Notes: a model not told the origin generated them from the letters alone. A stretch of 64,000 nt of DNA from Octopus vulgaris (GCA_951406725.2 OX597827.1:71238001-71302000), one strand, 5' to 3'. Positions 1 to 14,330 are shown, counted from the stretch's first letter. Translations and numbers: made by a program.

Positions 1-395
1 ACATGACCACAAGTCAACGACTGAAACAAGTAAAAGATAAAAAATATAAGCATATACATGTGGCACTGAATAAATATGAACATGTAGCTATGTTTGTGTT
101 AGTACCATCACCACATGACCCCTGTTTTGCCATGCTCCTGTTGGTTTAGAAATGGTATGTTTAGTATCAGACCACTTGTCAGGGTCCATCATACAGACAT
201 GCACAGCAACAGAGAAAAAATATTAATCTTTTTCCGAAACATCTGAGAGATCTTTCATGGAATAGGAGTAGAGGTTTGCAAGAAACAACTTGGCTGCCGG
301 CTGTCCAAGGTCTCAAATGAACCTACATCACAGCAAGAAATTCAAGAGGGCAACAATATCGAAATCCATCCTTCACCAAAAGTCAATCACAAAAC

Positions 396-790
396 AATCA
401 TCATCATCATCGTTTAACATCCGCTTTCCATGCTAGCATGGGTTGGACGATTTGACTGAGGACTAACGAACCAGATGGCTGCACCAGACTCCAATCTGAT
501 CTGGCAGAGTTTCTACAGCTGGATGCCCTTCCTAACGCCAACCACTCCGAGAGTGTAGTGGGTGCTTTTACGTGCCACCGGCACGAGGGCCAGTCAGGCG
601 GTACTGGCAACGGCCACGCTCAAATGGTGTTTTTTATGTGCCACCTGCACAGGAGCCAGTCCAGTGGCACTGGCAACGATCTCGCTCAAATGTTTTTTTC
701 ACATGCCACCAGCACAAGTGCCGTGAAAGGCGATGCTGGTAACGATTATCCTCGAATGGTGACTTTTACATGCCACCGGTACGGTGCCCC
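396..790 (-). mobile_element. SINE family C with RTE-type (GAT)n tail (other copies 22640-23040, 28095-28757, 52380-52795, 54610-54975, 55157-55650, 61150-61460)
   Basis: ttaggaagggcatccagctgtagaaac ... catggaaagcggacgttaaacgatgatgatg, with internal acgtgccaccggc repeats. Confidence 0.8.
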
Positions 791-2267
791 AGCATGGTCA
801 CAGCCTTTGGACTAAGCCATGGGTATTACAGCTGGATTCCCTACCAATTGCCAACCACTTTGTAGCATGAGCAAGGTATGTTTTATCCTGCCACTTGCAA
901 TAAAAAGATTGTCAGCAGAAAAACTAACAAACACCCTTAATTACCGTTTCCTCTAATTGGATGTTTTGTGCATAAATTTCTTCTAATTGATCGATTTGTG
1001 CATAAATTTGAATTGTAATTTATTTTCCTCCCTTTGCTAATTATGCACATCCATGAAAATAACCATCATTCAAACTTCTTCAATTAAAATCTTCCAATTT
1101 CATGCTGAAAACCAAATGTCTATTAGTTGTAAAAACATGCACGCAAGCACACAGCTCCGACGGAATGCTGCCCTCTCCCCTGCATCCTTTTCATGCAGGG
1201 AATTTCTTGTCTCCAAGATAAGCTGCCTTCACTGGAAATTGCAGAGTCCAGATTCTCCTCAGGGTCTCCTTCTTTCTCTTTTTAAGAATTTCCGTCTCAA
1301 TAGACACAATTATGCCAAACTTGAAAATGAATAATTCAAGTTTTTATTATATTATGGTAAAAAAAAATCTTAACCATTTATACCTTTTTTCATGTGTTTC
1401 AGTCATTGGACTGTGGCCATGCTGGAGCACCACTTGAAGGGCTTAGCCAAACAAATTAATCCCTGTACTTATGTTTAAGTGTCTGACTTATTCTATTGGT
1501 CTCTTTTGACTGTAGTTGACTAGGAAAGGACTAATGAATGAACCTTGGTGGATATCCCTTTACATGAGAAGTAAGGGGTCGTGTTGTATATTTTAGTGAT
1601 GTTAGCAAGATTTGTAGGATATGTGCTTCTTTGAGGTCAAGCTTCATTTCATGCACTGCACTGCACTCAGTAATAGACAGGAAGCTAACCCTGCGAGGGA
1701 CTAGCATCCCATCCAGGGGTGTCATAATCTCAGTCATTTATATGCCATGGAAATCAGGTAAAGCTCTGGCCTTATGGACTTTAGGGTTCATGGGGAACAA
1801 AACTGAAAATGATGTTATGATGGCTGTGGTGGTGTTGTAGTCGGGTAGCAGGGGCCGTAGTTGAGTGGTGGTGCTTGAGGTGAGATTGCAGCAATGAAAT
1901 AGAACATGTGGGGATGTGTTTATATGGTATCTCTTGTAGAGTTGTGGTTTGAGGTGAGGTATGGCACAAAAAAAAAAAAAAATCCACATCGGAAGAGTTC
2001 ATTTTTATTAAAGGTGTGGCATACTACTCTGGGTGCACCTTTAATTAGCTGGGTGCAAAACATGCTACAAAAAAAAAAATTGTAGAAAAAAAAAAGATGA
2101 AATGTAGTGGTGAAGGTGGTGGTGGTGGTTGATGGGGGTGGGTGGGGGTGGGGTGGGGGGTAAGGGCCAAGCTGGAAATTGAGGAATAGTTTAATAATCA
2201 GCAGAAATGTGATTGATTACTAATTACTCCTCTCACACAAGAATGAATTTTTGCTTCTTGTTAGTGA

Positions 2268-2945
2268 GATCATCATCATCATCATCATCATCATCTTCAG
2301 CATCATCACCACCACCATCACCTTCATTATTACCACCATCTATTATTACAATCATTAGCATCATTGTCGTTACCATCACTGCAATTATCACTTTCACCAG
2401 TCATCACGATAATCTGCATAATCATCATGATAATTATAATCATCATCATCATCATCATAACCAGCATTGCCAAAGGTTGCATTATCATCATCACTAACAT
2501 CATGGTCATCACTATGATTATTACTACCCCACCACCACCACCAACACCATCATGGTCATCATAATAATTATAATTACAATGTACATCATCATCACCAACA
2601 TCAACACAATCCGCATCATCATCATCGTTTTCATAATCACCATCACCATCATCAACATCATCACTGTCATCATTGCTATCCCTGTTCTCTTTGTTGTTAT
2701 CATAGCTATAACATCTTCATCATCATCATCATCATCATCATCACCTTCACCAAGCAACTATGATGCCCAAACAGACACAGTACCAGCGCCTTACAAGTGA
2801 CCGAGCGGTCAGTTGCACAACATCTACCGCAGCCCACCACCACCATCACCACAACTGCAACTGCCACCGCCACCAGCACAAGCACTGCCGCTGCCACCAC
2901 CACCGCCACCCCCATTTCGACTGCAGTTGCAGCAGCTGCATCATT
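2268..2945. repeat. Degenerate (CAT/CAC)n trinucleotide region
   Basis: Directly visible; no single long open frame. Confidence 0.85.
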
Positions 2946-3501
2946 CGAGCCGCCCATTACATAACTTCCACTCTAGACACCCCCCTCCTCATTATAACCG
3001 TTTCCAGTACAGTTTACACCCCAATTATACAACAACAATATGCACCAGCGCTTGCACTTGTTCAAACTGCACAACATCTATTACAGCCGCAAGGAATCCT
3101 TCATCTTTTATCCTTCACTCGTTTCAGTCACTGGACCGTGGCCATGCTGGGGCACCACCTTGAAGGGTTTTTAGTCAAACAAAGCACCCTAAGTACTTTT
3201 ATATTTTTTTGTAATGTCTAGTACTTATTCCATCAGTTGTTTTTTTCGAACAGCTAAGTTATGGAGACGTAAACAAACTAACAGCGGTTATCAAGTGATG
3301 GTAATTAATACAATCACAAAAGCAAACACACACACATAAACATAAACATGTATATGGGGTAAAAAAACTTGCTTCCCAATAACATGGTCCAGGGTTCAGT
3401 CCCACTGCGTGGCACCTCGGACATGTGTCTTCTTCTATTATAGCCTTGGCCGACTGAATCCTTGTGAGTGAATTTGGTAGACGGAAACTGAAATAATCCT
3501 G

Positions 3502-3558
<57 letters not shown>

Positions 3559-3797
3559 TTTGTTCCGCATCACTGCTTCACGATCGGTACTGGTGGGTTT
3601 ATCTACCCGTAACTTAGCAGTTTGCCAGAATAGACCAAGAGAATAAGTACCAGGTTTACAAAAACACACACACACATACACACAAAAACTAAGTACTGGG
3701 GTCATTTCATTTGACTAAAAATTCTTCAAGGCAGTGCCCCAGCATGGCCACAGTCTAATGACTGAAACAAGTAAAAGATAAAAGACGTATGTAAATA

Positions 3798-4003
3798 TGA
3801 GGGGGTGCCGAAAAGTTTCTGGCTTTAAGGGTATCAGAAAAAGGCCCAACCTTCCAAGTTCTTTTACAGGGCTCAGAAAAACTGAAGGACCGCTGCAATA
3901 AATGCATGAATCTGAGAGGGGAATATGTTGAATAAAATCCTAATTAATTGATCCCCCTGTATTTTCTTTTATCCAAAGTTTGGAAATTTTCAGCACCCAC
4001 TCA
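3798..4003 (+). mobile_element. Mariner-derived MITE
   Basis: TA-flanked TIRs TGAGGGGGTGCCGAAAAGTT / AATTTTCAGCACCCACTCA; decayed transposase C-terminus (..EGEYVE-like). Confidence 0.7.
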
Positions 4004-4535
4004 TATTATATATATACACATCATCATCGTTTAATGTCTGCTTTCCATGCTGGCATGGGTTGGACAGTTTGACTGAGGACTGGCAAGCCAGAAGGCTGCA
4101 CCAGGTTCCAATCTGATCAGGCTTCAACATTGTTTCCATTTACCACATTCTCCCAGAAGGCATTGGTTGACCTGGGGCTATGCTAGAAGGCACTTTAGAA
4201 GACACTTGTCCATAGTGCTGTGGGTTTGAACCTGGAACCATGCAGTTGCAAACCAAGTTCTTTAACTATACAGTCATGCTTGCTTCTATAAGTGGTTGAC
4301 TTCATTAAATGACCAAAGAATAAATGCTTTTTAGAATTCTTTTTCTTTTTCTTTTTTACTTGTTTCAGTCATTTGACTGTGGCCATGGTAGCTTTGCAAC
4401 CATGTGGTTTGGGGTTCAGACCCACTGCATGGCACCTTGGGCAAGTGTCTTCTGCTATAGTCTTGGGCCGACCAATGCCTTGTGAGTAAATCTGGTACAC
4501 GGGGACTGTGCTGAAGCCCATTGTGTATATATATG

Positions 4536-4571
<36 letters not shown>

Positions 4572-5002
4572 TTCTCCACCATCACTTGATAATTGGTGTT
4601 GGTTTGTTTATGTCCCTGTAACTTAGCAGTTCAGCAAAAGAGGACAATGAAACAAGCACCAGACTTGAAAAAAGTAACTAGTGGGGAGGACTTGCTTGAC
4701 TGAATACTTCAAGGCAGTGCCTCAGTATGGCCACAGTACAACGACTGAAACAAGTGAAAGGTAAAAGATAACAGGCACATACAATCTAAGATAAAAGACA
4801 CATACACCAAGCCACCTAAACCTGTGCATTGACACCTATTAACTTGTACATACGCCTCCTAACATGTATTCTTCCTTTGTGACACATACATATGCAACAG
4901 ACATGGAAGTTAAGGAACTATGTGAATGAAAATTAGGAAACAGCCAGCACAAGCGAGGAGAACCATCTTCTTCAAACTTTTAAATCTAGAACTAGATATT
5001 AC

Positions 5003-5248
5003 AGTGGTTAAGGGCACGGGCTACTAACCCCAAGATTCCGAGTTCGATTCCAGGCAGTGATCTGAATAATAATAATAATCATAATAATAACAACAGCAAC
5101 AACATTGAAAAATACCTTAGGAATGAGAACTCAGAATCTTGGGGTTAGTAGCCGATGCTCTTAACCACTATGCCATATGCCTGTGGGTGTAGTGGTTAAG
5201 AGCGCAGGCTGCTAACCCCAAGATTCTGAGTTCGATTCCAGGCAGTGA

Positions 5249-5299
<51 letters not shown>

Positions 5300-5645
5300 C
5301 AACAAAAACACCAGGACTTACAAACACATATAACATACAGAAAATTGCACTACGAGGCACTGTACACATCCTACGCAGAACATTTTCCATACAATAACCA
5401 TCAGAGCATCACCACGAATCAGCACATACCCAAGGCACACAGAGCTGCGCGCGGTAGTGAAGTGAAAGCACGATATAAAAATAAAACTACTGAACAACAA
5501 CAACAACAAAAAATACCTTGGGAATGAGAACCCAGGTTCGAAATTTCTCCAAGACACCTGATGAAGGCTGGAGGGTATATCAGTCAAAATGTTGTGTTAA
5601 CAACAAACAAGATGAGAAGAAATATCTGTCAAATGTAAATAATAC
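5003..5645 (+). mobile_element. Second locus of the tRNA-head/hammerhead-tail family (forward head, truncated inverted head, forward full copy)
   Basis: Same junction (ccactatgccatatgcctgtgggtgtagtgg) and same tail (cacctgatgaaggctggagggtatatcag) as 25055-25528; the GAAAC motif is lost by CpG decay. Confidence 0.7.
5311..5493 (+). mobile_element. 5'-truncated R4/Dong-like (RLE) non-LTR retrotransposon 3' end inside a (TAA)n tract
   Basis: Translates PGLTNTYNIQKIALRGTVHILRRTFSIQ*, the typical RLE-clade C-terminus (QK.ALLGT.HILR), followed by a 3' UTR. Confidence 0.65.
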
Positions 5646-5699
5646 AGAAATAGACATCCCAGTTGTCTGTGAAAAATTTAAAAGAAGTATTTAGAATAA

Positions 5700-6215
5700 G
5701 AAAGGGAAAATTGGGACAAATCTAGCAGGAAAATTAGGACAGATAAATAATTATAGTAGAAGTAATAATGAGAATAACATAGGGTAGATGCAGTAGTTAG
5801 GACAAAGTGGAACAGATAAAGCAATTAGGATAAAGTGAGGTGGATGCAACACTTGGGACAAAATGAAATAGATCGAGAAATTGGGACAAAACAGACTGAT
5901 AGAGAAATTGGGACAAAATAAACTGATAAAGAAATTGGGACAAAGATTGTCAGAAACTGGGACAAAATAACATAGACAGAGACATTGGGACAAACTTAGA
6001 CTGAGAAAAGGGGACAACATAATAAGATAAGACAGAGAAATTAGGACAAGTTGAGATTGAAGAACAAACTGGGACAAAATAAGGTTGTGAGAGAAATTGG
6101 GACAAAGTAAGTTGAGAAATTGAGATATAAAGATAAATAGAAAAATTGAGACAAAATTGGACAGACTGGGATAGAAGAAGCAGACTGAAAAATCTGGATG
6201 TAGTAAAAAGGACAA
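5700..6215. repeat. Degenerate ~26-bp minisatellite
   Basis: Recurrent gagaaattgggacaaa core. Confidence 0.75.
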
Positions 6216-6222
6216 AGAAGTA

Positions 6223-6384
6223 GGTGTAGGAGTGGCTGTGTGGTAAGTAGCTTGCTTACCAATCACATGGTTCCAGGTTCAGTCCCACTACGTGGCACCT
6301 TGGGCAAGTGTCTTCTACTATAGCCTCGGGCCGACTAAAGCCTTGTGAGTGGATTTGGTAGATGGAAATTGAATGAAGCCCATC

Positions 6385-6416
<32 letters not shown>

Positions 6417-6625
6417 ATATGTTTGTGTGTCTGTGTTTGTCCCCCCAACATCGCTTGACAACCGATGCTGGTGTGTTTATATCCCCGTAACTTAGCAGTT
6501 CCGTAAAAGACACCGATAGAATAAGTACTAGGCTTAGAAAGAATAAGTCCTGGGGTCAATTTGCTCGACTAAAGGCACTGCTCCAGCATGGCCACAGTCA
6601 AAATGACTGAAACAAATAAAAGAAA
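6223..6625 (+). mobile_element. tRNA-derived SINE family A (other copies 3115-3785, 4395-4770, 6932-7315, 9170-9330, 21470-21900, 29070-29481, 58132-58768, 61856-62244)
   Basis: Head ggagtggctgtgtggtaag...ggttcagtccc, then ccttgggcaagt, an internal (TA/TG)n, and tail gactgaaacaagtaaaaga. Confidence 0.85.
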
Positions 6626-7370
6626 TGAAGGCCAAAAAAACATCTGGACTAATAAATTAGGAGTGGTGCTCAAATTCAAATAAAAAGTACGTGTAAAATT
6701 GAGAGTATGTGTAAAAACAAGAACAAAGATTTGAAGACATATGGTAGCGAGATAACACAGCAATCAGATTAGGTGCAAGAATCTTGTAGAAATTAGCAAG
6801 TATCTTTCAGTTTACAGACAAAACAAACTTCAACCTTGAGTGTGTTATTTTTCTCTCATCCACATTTGATATGTTAACCACCATGTGCAATCTTCACACA
6901 ACTGCAGTATGCACCAACGGCAGTAACATGCTCTTTACTTGTTTCAGTCATCTGACTGTGGCCATGCTGGAGCACCGCCTCTAGTCGAGCAAATATCGAC
7001 CCCAGGACTTATTCTTTGTAAGCCTAGTACTTATTCTATCGGTCTCTTTTGCAGAACCGCTAAGTTACGGGGACGTAAACACACCAGCATCAGTTGTCAA
7101 GCGATGTTGGAGGACAAACACAAACACATAAACACACATATATATACATATATATGACAGGCTTCTTTCAGTTTCTGTCTACCAAATCCACTCACAAGGC
7201 TTTGGTCGGCCCGAGGCTATAGTAGAAGACACGTGCCCAAGGTTCCACGCAGTAGGAATGAACCAGGAACCATGTGGTTGGTAAGCAAGCTACTTACCAC
7301 ACAGCCACTCCTGTGTGCCTTTAGCATCTTCATAATTTGAGAAAATATTTTACTTTCTAAATATTAAAGT

Positions 7371-7599
7371 TTAACCCTTCAGCATTTAATCTGACCATAT
7401 CTGGCCAAAAGTATTCTGCCTGTTTTATGTTCAAACTGGCCAGATCTGGCCTCTCACACCAACCTTACAATGTCATTCTAAAAATTAACAGCTACCTCAT
7501 CAAAATCTCATAGCTACAAGATAATGCATGATTAGTTCGAAACAATGTGGATGAAAAAGCATTAATTATGGCAGAATAATGCGAACACTAAAGGGTTAA
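7371..7599. mobile_element. piggyBac-type MITE family 2 (other copies 47386-47615, 63594-63819, ~23702-24153, ~54980-55152)
   Basis: TTAACCCTT...AAAGGGTTAA termini; conserved core ggccagatctggcctctcacacc. Confidence 0.7.
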
Positions 7600-9339
7600 C
7601 TACGAAACATTGTAAAAAAAATTACATTCCCTTGTAATCAAACAGTATGTGGTGTGACCACATGAAATATGTAGCATCACGGGAACGTTCCAGCAACAGG
7701 TCATGGCAGTCAATAAGTCAAAGCCTATGTTCCATGCTGGCATGGATTGGATGGTTTGACAGGATCCAATGGGTCCAAGGACTACATTGTGGTCTAGTGT
7801 CTAATCTGGTATGGTTTCTACAGCTGGATGTTCTTCCTAACACCAACCACTCTACAGCATGTACTAGGAGCTTTTTTTTTATATGTATATCACCAGCATT
7901 AGTAAGACTATGAATCCCAAAAGGGGCAATTTTAAGTTATGGGATGAGCAGTAGGGAGGGGTAAAGTATAAGAGAAAAGGGCCAGAGCAGAACAGGTTTC
8001 TTGCTGCAGAGGAGTACAAGACAACTGACATTTTAGAAGAGAGAATAGGATTGATCAGGTGCAGCTGGAAAAAGTGATACTGAAAAGTAAAGGAGCTTCT
8101 ATGTGGTCAATCGTCCTGCTAGAAATAGTAGCCACATTTCTCTCAAATTGTATCAAACCATATTCTAAAAAAATAGGAAAGTAAGATGGGACGGTCTTGG
8201 TTGGAAGAGCTGATATGAGGCTAAACAACAACAACAATCATAATCCTCATCATTACTATAACCCTACAAAGAATCGCGGTTTCGATTCCCAGACTGAGCA
8301 ATGTGAGTGTTTATTGAGCGAAAACACCTAAAGCTCCACAAGGCTCCTGCAGGGGTGGTGGTGGTGGTGAACCCTGCTGTACTCTTTCACCACAATTTTC
8401 TCTCACTCTTTCTTCCTGTTTCTGTTGTACCTGTATTTCAAAGGGCCAGCCTTGTCACACTCTGTGTCACGCTGATTCTTCCCGAGAACTACATTAAGGG
8501 TACACACGTCTGTGGAGTGCTCAGCCACTTGCACGTTAATTTCACGAGCGGGCTGTTCCGTTGATCGAATCAACAGGAACCCTCGTCATCGTAACTGACA
8601 GAATGCCATTATTATTAAGCTACTGTTTACAAATGAATTAACACAAAATTTTGGAGGAAGATTTGAATTTAGGTTGCTTAAATACAAAAAGTTTGTGTGT
8701 GAGAACTAGAGGTGGTCTCAAGCAGATTGGCATCAAAATGGTTAAACTCAGCGTTGCCAGCTAACAAAAGATACTTGTTAGTTATGTGGTAATTGGTGCG
8801 CTAACAGCTACGAACTGTACTTCACCCGAGTATCTCTTTACAGCCAAGTAGACTGGACCATTCAAAATAAAATTACATTTTAAGATAGCTCTACTGACAG
8901 GATATAAACCATTGATCTTTAAGATAGGTTCAGGATCAGAAGGATAAAATGCCAATTTGTTATGCCCACACTAAGTACTTCACAGGTCTAGGGGCCTAAT
9001 ACTTATTTACGCTGTAGCTGAATGTGTAAGGGACCTTGTAGAGCTCTGATTAGGCCTAATCAAAATGACAACCTCTTTAGTCTTTTACTTGTTTCAATCA
9101 TTGGACTATGTCCATGCTGGGGTATTGCTCTGAAGGGCTTTTAGTTTAGAAAGTGAACCCCAGTACCTGAGGAGTGGCTGTGTGGTAAGAAGCTTTCTTC
9201 CCAACCACATGGTTCTGGGTTCATCCCCCTGCATGGCACCTCGGGCAAGTGTCTTTTACTATAGCCTTGGGCCAACCAAAACCTTGTGAGTGCATTTGGT
9301 ACATTAGAAATTGAAAGAAGCCCATTGTATGTATGTATG

Positions 9340-9388
<49 letters not shown>

Positions 9389-9640
9389 CTGTTCTAACAC
9401 AAGTGTATCTAAGACTAATTTATCTAGTGGGACCTTTTCAAAAAGACCTTAGGGTATGATTTGAGGAAGGTTTAGCTGCTATTTCTTGAAGGCTGAGTCA
9501 CTACATACAGGCTCTTTCAGCTATCATTTTTTATAAATTTTTTTAATCAAGAGGGAAGGAGAGGTGCTTATGCTCCTTACTGGGCCTCTGAGACCAGTGG
9601 GATGAAAGGAGGAAGGCATCAACAACTCAGAGACGTAGCC

Positions 9641-10110
9641 TTAACCCTTTCGTTACTTTGAGATGCTGTTTTTCTCACAATTACTTTAAATATAACAAAG
9701 AATTTAGTAAAATAACTTGGTTATCATTAAGCTAGTGTTTGGAACATAAATTGTGACTAAGGTTTGGTGGAAGATTTTAATACAAAACTTATGAAAATGA
9801 AACACTTGTACTACAGAGCCAGAGGCAGTTTCAGCCAGGTTGGTATCAAAAGGGTTAAGAATTGTTTCTCTATTATATATTTTAACCCTTTCGTTACTGC
9901 ATTTATTTTGAGATGCTATTTGTTTCTTTCAATTACTTTAAATATAACACAGAATTTAGTAAAATAACTTAGTTATCATTCAGCTAGTGTTAGGAACATA
10001 AATTGTGACTAAGGTTTGGTGAAAGATTTTAATTCAAAACTTATGAAAACAAGACATTTGTACTACAGAGCCAGAGGTAGTTTCAGCCAGGTTGGTAATG
10101 AAAGGGTTAA
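9641..10110. mobile_element. Two adjacent piggyBac-type MITEs (9641-9858, 9882-10110)
   Basis: TTAA-CCCTTTCGTTAC ... AAAGGG-TTAA termini; shared internal sequence. Confidence 0.75.
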
Positions 10111-12443
10111 TGATAACAACAAAATCAGGTTCACTGATGTTACCCAAGGAACCAGAGAGTGGTGTTAAACAGGATGATGATTAATTCTACAACCCTAGGT
10201 GGCCATGGCAAGATTTAAATACAGAATACAAAAAGCCAGAAGAAAAATACTGCACAGCATCCAGAAGAATGTGTTAACAGATTTGCTATTACACTGCCTT
10301 AAATCCCCTGAGACAGCCAGGCTGTCCTACCTCAAGGGATTAATATTGGTTTCAAGTTTTGGCACAAAACCAGCAATTTCAGGGAAGGGGGTAAGTCGAT
10401 TACATTGCTCAAGTGGAATGTATTTTATTCACTCTGAAAGGATGAAAGGCAAAGTCGATTTGGGTAGAGTTTGAACTCAGACTCCAAAGACAGACAAAGT
10501 GCTGCTAAGTATTTTGCCTGGCGTGCTAACGATTCTGGCAGCTCGCCACCTCAAGAGATTAATATTATTTTCTATTCTTGGCACAAGGCCCGAAATTTGG
10601 GGGGAGGGGGCTAGTCAATTAGATCGACCTCAGAATGCAACTGGTACTTAATTTATCGACCCCACTAAAGGATGAAAGGCAAAGTCGACCTCGGTGGAAT
10701 TTGAACTCAGAACATAAAGACAGATGAAATACCTAAACACAGAGGGGACAAACAAGGACAGACAAACGGATTAAGTCGATTGCATTCACCCCAGTGCATA
10801 ACTGGTACTTAATTTATCGACCCTGAAAGGATGAAAAGCAAAGTCGACCTCAGTGGAATTTGAACTCAGAACATAGACAGATGAAATACCTATTTCTTTA
10901 CTACCCACAAGGGGCTAAACACAGAGGGGACAAACAAGGACAGACAAACAGATTAAGTCGATTGAATTCACCCCAGTGTGTAACTGGTACTTAATTTATC
11001 GACCCCGAAAGGATGAAAGGCAAAGTTGACCTCAGTGGAATTTGAACTCAGAATGTAAAGACAGACAAAATACCACTAAGCATTTCACCCGACATGCTAA
11101 CGTTTCTGCCAGCTCGCCGCCATAAAAGAGATTAATATTAAGACCCAAAAGCTAGAGCTCAATCATGACCCCTAAAAATTATCAAAGACTTAGCAACATA
11201 TTTTTAGTTTCTACCAACTCACTGCCCTAGACTACCCAAGGCATCCAGGGGTCTAACCCTGAGAGAGTAATATCCTTTTCTATTCTAGGTACAAGGATCA
11301 AAATTTTTGAAGAGGGGCCAATTGATTAGATCGACCCCAGTACGCAACTGTTACTTAATTTATCGACCCTGAAAGGATGAAAGGCAAAGTTGACCTCAGC
11401 AGAATTTGAACTCAGAACGTAATGACAGACGAAATAGCAATATTAAGACCCTAAAACCAGAGTGCAATTATGACCCTTAAAATCCATCATCAAAGACTTA
11501 GAAACATACATTTAGTTTAATCACTCATGCGTCACAACACTAAACTTCTGAATCCTTTGATCACTGTTTCAGCTGTACTCGTTTCATCAATATCATTTTT
11601 AACACCCACTTTTCTATGGTAGCATAAACCAGACAGAATTCACAGAAGCAGATTTTGTATCGTTTGGTGCTCTTCCTGACACCAACCTTTACTTGTTTTC
11701 CAGCTAGCTAATATTTCTTCATGACTGGACATATTTTCACAGAGAACAGGAAAAGGACACAACACGTTCAATGGTGACATCCATTTACGCTCACACACAC
11801 GCATGCATGTATAAATGCATGTGTATATGAATGTGTGTGTTTCGCCCTGTTTTGACACCATGCCACTAACACAAACAAGCATTGCTGTCATATTAGCAGT
11901 GTCCACCACTTCTGGCCCCCTCCACAAAAACACATCTGCTCACAAGAAACACAACCGTGCATAGAAACAGGAGAGGGTCATCCTAACTACAATGGCAAGC
12001 ATGCTATCTTGAGATTTCGAATTTAAATTCAAAACACATATGCCTTACCATGAGGCCTGCTTTCTAAAGACAAGAGCTGTGGCAGGGGTATGTGTGTGTG
12101 TGTGGGGGGTGGGGGTGGAGGTGCACTCTGCTGCTGCATTGAGTAATTCAAAGTAACTACCCCACAAAATGCAATGCCCTTGTAGGCCAAATTCCTTCAG
12201 AGAAATCAGTGAGAGTTTACAGTGAAGGAAGGTTTTAAATCCACTTGTTGTCCACCATCCACAGTTGACAGGAAATAAAAATCAACGCATATGAAACCCC
12301 CCCACCTATCAAACCCCCCCACCCTTCAGTTATGTGTTTATGATATGTATGTGTGTGGTGGGCAAGGAGCGTGTGGACAATGTCCTTTCTTATCAGACAC
12401 AATAAGAAATGGAACAAAACAGAATGACAAAAACTAAACCTAC

Positions 12444-13362
12444 CTCATGCCATGATATATATTCCTGTAGGACGTAAAAGACAGTCTCTAAAAGCAGAGA
12501 GAGATGATCCGTTTGCTATATGAGTTTTATCTGTCTACATTTTGTAAACTACTGCACAGTTTAATGTCACTTCTTTTAGGAAACCACATTTGGACAGAAA
12601 AAGAAGTCAACATTGAAGCGAAGAAGACGAAGATACGTGTAATCTAGGCAAGGGGTTTGTCCCTTCGCTCAGAGTTTTTAACTGTCTTCACACAACAACA
12701 GAATAACAACATCTTAGCAAAATAAATTAGAGCAACATCAGCAGCAATGGTGACGGCGGTGGTGGTGGTGGTGGTGGTGGTGATGGTGCTGACAACAGCA
12801 ACTGCAGAAATGGCGATGGTGGTGGTGGAGGTGGTCGTGGTCGTCGTCGTCGTGATAGGAATAACAACAGCATGAACTGTAACGGTAATAGCATGGTAGT
12901 GGTTGCAGTAGATATTAGTAGTGGCGGTAGTAGTTGTTGCTGTTGTTGTTGTTGTTGTAGTAACCGAAGACAACAATAACAACAGCGGCAGCATCAGCAG
13001 CTATAGGTGCAGCAGAGTGGCAACAGCAGCAACCGCAGCACCGCCAGCAGTTCTGTGGTGTGCAGCAGAGTAGTATAAGAGCAACAACAACAACATCACT
13101 AGTAGTGGTAATCGTAGTAACAGTAGTAGTGGTAGTAGTAGTGGTGGTGGTGGTGGTGGTAGTATTAACGGCAGCGGCAGTTGTAGTAGTTATAACAGCA
13201 GCAGCAACTGCAGTTTAAGCAGCAGAAAAACAACAACTGCAACAACAACAACAACAACAGTAACAGCAGCAGCTGCTGCTGCTGTTGCTGCTGCAGCGGG
13301 AATAGTGACAGCAACAGCGACAACAACAGCAGTTGAAGTCTGCAAAAACAACCAGCAGCAGA

Positions 13363-13394
<32 letters not shown>

Positions 13395-13494
13395 TTATTG
13401 TTGTTGCTGAACAGCAGCTGTGGCAACACCGCCGCCGCCACCACCGCCGCCACCACCGCCACCGCCGCCTCTAACAATAACAACAGTTCTTGAA

Positions 13495-13525
<31 letters not shown>

Positions 13526-14050
13526 AATAACACGAAGTTTGGGGCAGCAGCTGCAGTCGTGACAGCAGCAACAACAACAGGAGGGAGGAGGAGTAAGAGA
13601 TGAAACCGTAGTGGTGGTGGTGGTGGTGGTGGTGGTGGCGTTGGAGGTGGAGGAAAGAAGCCTCCGCTCGTCTGTTTACCCACCTATAACACTAACATTC
13701 TTTCCCTCTCTCTCTTTCTCCTCCCCTCCGTCACTCCTTCAATAGTCATTGGCTTCCATCCACTTATTACTTCCCCCCCCCCCAATCCTTTGCCCCCCCC
13801 TCCTTTTTTTCTTTCTTTCTTTCTTTCTCTCTCTCTCTTCTTCGTCATCGCCGTTTCTTCATTTGGCGCTTTGCAAAAACAAAGAAATTATATAGAAAAT
13901 AAACAAAACAAAACAAAATAACGGCAACGGAAAAAAAACAGGGGCGATACACCACGATTCGAACTGCGGACATATCGGTCCCAAGTTAACAGAAGGCGAG
14001 TGCGATATATAGAGAGAAAGACAGTGAGAGAGAGAGAGAGAGAGAATGTG
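12444..14050 (-). other. Putative non-coding first exon / 5' UTR of a minus-strand gene, trinucleotide-rich
   Basis: Strong donor GAG|GTAGGT at 12444/12443; stops in all three frames just upstream; CpG-rich unique sequence at 13850-14000. The start position is a guess. Confidence 0.35.
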
Positions 14051-14330
14051 AACAAGACTTGTCAACTCACTCTCTGTCTCTCACACACATTCTCTCTCTC
14101 TCCTATAAAGTCTCTCTCACACACATTCTCTCTCTCTGTCTCTCCTATATAATCTCTCTCTCACACACATTCTCTCTCCTATAAAATCTCTCTCTTTCTC
14201 TCTCTCACACACACACGTCTCCAATAAACGAGCAAATTACTATTAACGTAACAAATTTCGACGGTTTCTTTCTTCTTCTTCTTCTTTCACCGTCAGGCAA
14301 CAACACCAAGGATGGAAGGAGACAAAAACG

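Noticed and set aside
2213-3221. His/Pro/Ile-rich ORFs
   Set aside because: Trinucleotide low complexity; no convincing splice sites or domain.
5186-5250. tRNA gene
   Set aside because: A/B boxes are present but there is no complete acceptor stem; it is a SINE head.
12644-13683. Poly-Q/T/A/L ORFs as a coding exon
   Set aside because: No frame stays open across the region; stops precede the donor in all frames.
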